Part shown: positions 61,702-64,000 of the stretch, one piece after another
Layout of the letters: every line of letters begins with the position of its first letter
Position numbering within the stretch: the first letter of the stretch is position 1
Assembly (NCBI GenBank): GCA_964016885.1
Contig: OZ024741.1
Span: 250,170,001 to 250,234,000, forward strand
Direction of reading: 5' to 3'
Source: Eledone cirrhosa
Taxonomy: Eukaryota
DNA length: 64,000 nucleotides
Position numbers and translations under genes: made by a program
The notes under the pieces: model-generated
Seen by the model: only the letters and a program-made list of their open reading frames with translations
Databases searched by the model: none
Told to the model about the DNA's origin: nothing

Positions 61702-64000
61702 TCAAGGGGAGATAATTTCCAGCCGTCCAAGGGGAGGTAATATCTAGCCATCCAAGGGGAGATAATTTCCAGCCGTCCAAGGGGAGATAATTTCCAGCCG
61801 TCCAAGGGGAGATAATATCCAGCCGTCCAAGGAGACATATTTTCCAGCCGTCCAAGGAGAGGTAATTTCTAGCCGTCCAAGGGGAGATAAGTTCCTGCCT
61901 CCAAGGGGAGATAATTTCCAGCCAGCCAAGGGGAGATAATTTGTAAAAAAATCAGGGGGAGATAATTTGTAAAAAAAAAATCAGGGGGAGATAATTTGTA
62001 AAAAAATCAGGGGGAGATAATTTGTAAAAAAAAAATCAGGGGGAGATAATTTGTAAAAAAAATCAGGGGGAGATAATTTGTAAAAAAAATCAGGGGTAGA
62101 TAATTTGTAAAAAAAATCAGGGGGAGATAATTTGTAAAAAAAATCAGGGGGAGATAATTTGTAAAAAAAACAGGGGTAGATAATTTTCAGCCCTCCAAGG
62201 GGAGATAATTTCCATCCTTCCAAGGGGAGATAATTTCCAGCCGTCCAAGGGGAGATAATTTCCCGCCAGCCAAGGAGAGATAACATTTAAAAAAATCAGG
62301 CGGAGATAATTTGTAAAAAAAATCAGGGGGGGATAATTTGTAAAAAAATCAGGGGGAGATAATTTGTAAAAAAAATCAGGGGTAGATAATTTCCAGCCGT
62401 CCAAGGGGAGATAATTTCCATCCTTCCAAGGGGAGATAATTTCCAGCCGTCCAAGGGGAGATAATTTCCCGCCAGCCAAGGAGAGATAATATTTAAAAAA
62501 ATCAGGCGGAGATAATTTGTAAAAAAAATCAGGGGGAGATAATTTGTAAAAAATTCAGGGGGAGATAATTTGTAAAAAAAAATCAGAGGGAGATAATTTG
62601 TAAAAAAAATCAGGGGGAGATAATTTGTAAAAAAAAATCAGGGGTAGATAATTTGTAAAAAAAAATCAGGGGGAGATAATTTGTAAAAAAAAATCAGGGG
62701 GAGATAATTTGTAAAAAAATCAAGGGGAGATAATTTCCAGCCGTCCAAGGGGAGATAATTTTCAGCCGTCCAAGGAGAGGTAATTTCTAGCCGTCCAAGG
62801 GGAGATAATTTCCAGCCGTTCAAGGGGAGATAATTTTTTTAAAAAAATCAGGCGGAGATAATTTGTAAACAAAAATCAGGGGGAGATAATTTGTAAAAAA
62901 AAATCAGGGGGAGATAATTTGTAAAAAAAAATCAGGGGGAGATAATTTGTAAAAAAAAATCAGGGGGAGATAATTTGTAAAAAAATCAAGGGGAGACAAT
63001 TTCCAGCCGTCCAAGGTGAGGTAATATCTAGCCATCCAAGGGGAGATAATTTCCAGCCGTCCAAGGGGAGATAATTTCCAGCCGTCCAAGGGGAGATAAT
63101 ATCCAGCCGTCCAAGGAGACATATTTTCCAGCCGTCCAAGGAGACGTAATTTCTAGCCGTCCAAGGGGAGATAAGTTCCAGCCTCCAAGGGGAGATAATT
63201 TCCAGCCAGCCAAGGGGAGATAATTTGTAAAAAAATTAGGGGGAGATAATTTGTAAAAAAAAATTAGGGGGAGATAATTTGTAAAAAAAAATCAGGGGGA
63301 GATAATTTGTAAAAAAAAATCAGGGGGAGATAATTTGTAAAAAAAATCAAGGGGAGATAATTTCCAGCCGTCCAAGGGGAGATAATTTTCAGCCGTCCAA
63401 GGAGAGGTAAATTCTAGCCGTACAAGGAGATATAATTTCCAGCCGTCCAAGGGGAGATAATTTCCAGCCGTCCAAGGGGAGATAATTTTTAAAAAAAAAT
63501 CAGGCGGAGATAATTTGTAAACAAAAATCAGGGGGAGATAATTTTTAAAAAAAAATCAGGGGGAGATAATTTGTAAAAAAAAATCAGGGGGAGATAATTT
63601 GTAAAAAAAATCAAGGGGAGATAATTTCCAGCCGTCCAAGGGGAGGTAATATCTAGCCATCCAAGGGGAGATAATTTCCAGCCGTCCAAGGGCAGATAAT
63701 TTCCAGCCGTCCAAGGGGAGATAATATCCAGCCGTCCAAGGAGACATATTTTCCAGCCGTCCAAGGAGAGGTAATTTCTAGCCGTCCAAGGGGAGATAAG
63801 TTCCAGCCTCCAAGGGGAGATAATTTCCAGCCAGCCAAGTGGAGATAATTTGTAAAAAAATCAGGGGGGAGATAATTTGTAAAAAAAATCAGGGGGAGAT
63901 AATTTGAAAAAAAAATCAAGGGGAGATAATTTCCAGCCCTCCAAGGGGCTATAATTTCCAGCCGTGCAAGGGGAGATAATTTCCAGCCGTCCAAGGGGAG
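61702..64000 (+). repeat. HOR copy 6, partial (cut by the window end)
   Basis: Block order Y Z Z X Y X' Y W and the markers tcagaggg, ccgttcaa, aaggtgagg and ccgtacaa match the start of copy 1. Confidence 0.85.

Larger units (their letters stand above)
1..64000 (+). repeat. Composite two-monomer tandem satellite array (A: 26-29 bp; B: 25 bp; shared core GGGGAGATAATTT), single orientation, running off both window ends
   Basis: Every line of the sequence consists of AGGGGGAGATAATTTGT(A)nTC, AAGGGGAGATAATTTCCAGCCGTCC or minor variants of them. No reverse-complement copies or foreign sequence were seen. Confidence 0.99.

Noticed and set aside
199-63994. Several hundred minus-strand ORFs of 60-190 aa (WKLSPLGRLEIISP / FFTNYLPLI / YKLSPPDFF repeats)
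   Set aside because: They are the three reading frames of the 25-bp and 26-29-bp monomers. They overlap in all frames, almost all start at TTG derived from the repeat's CAA, and they end wherever A-tract length shifts the frame onto TGA. There is no frame preservation or recognisable domain.
1-64000. CRISPR-like constant repeat plus spacer layout
   Set aside because: The constant part is only 13 bp, and the spacers are just two recurring 12-16 bp sequences rather than unique ones. No leader or cas genes are present.
1-64000. Telomerase-type long telomeric repeat (G-rich strand, ~25-bp unit as in some budding yeasts)
   Set aside because: Variants are inherited in multi-kb higher-order blocks, which indicates recombinational amplification rather than templated addition. 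There is no match to a telomere motif I recognise, and no chromosome end is visible. A subtelomeric location cannot be excluded.
1-64000. Pure sequencing or assembly artefact (concatemer or collapsed repeat)
   Set aside because: Nested, phylogenetically consistent variants and reproducible homopolymer lengths are not expected from random error. Individual near-identical duplications still need read support.

Overview
The whole 64 kb window is one uninterrupted, head-to-tail satellite DNA array, typical of eukaryotic centromeric or heterochromatic sequence. I see no credible gene, RNA gene, transposon, inversion or unique sequence. Two short monomers share a 13-bp core, GGGGAGATAATTT. Monomer A is AGGGGGAGATAATTTGT(A)7-10TC (26-29 bp, about 30% GC). 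Monomer B is AAGGGGAGATAATTTCCAGCCGTCC (25 bp, 52% GC). There are roughly 2,400 monomers, arranged as alternating A-runs and B-runs. B-runs come in six recognisable types (my labels X, X', Y, Z, W, V). These nest into a unit of about 1.25 kb (Y-Z-Z-X), a unit of about 4.2 kb, and a higher-order repeat (HOR) of about 11.83 kb. Successive HOR copies have been remodelled by tandem duplications (2,359; 5,388; 4,362/4,469 bp) and in-register deletions (about 527, 1,967, 107, 496, 206 and 654 bp). A more diverged island lies at about 49.9-54.7 kb. All ORFs in the track are minus-strand read-throughs of the repeat and are treated as artefacts. I cannot identify the organism or satellite family. Offsets were derived by hand from diagnostic variants and ORF-track coordinates, so breakpoints are approximate.
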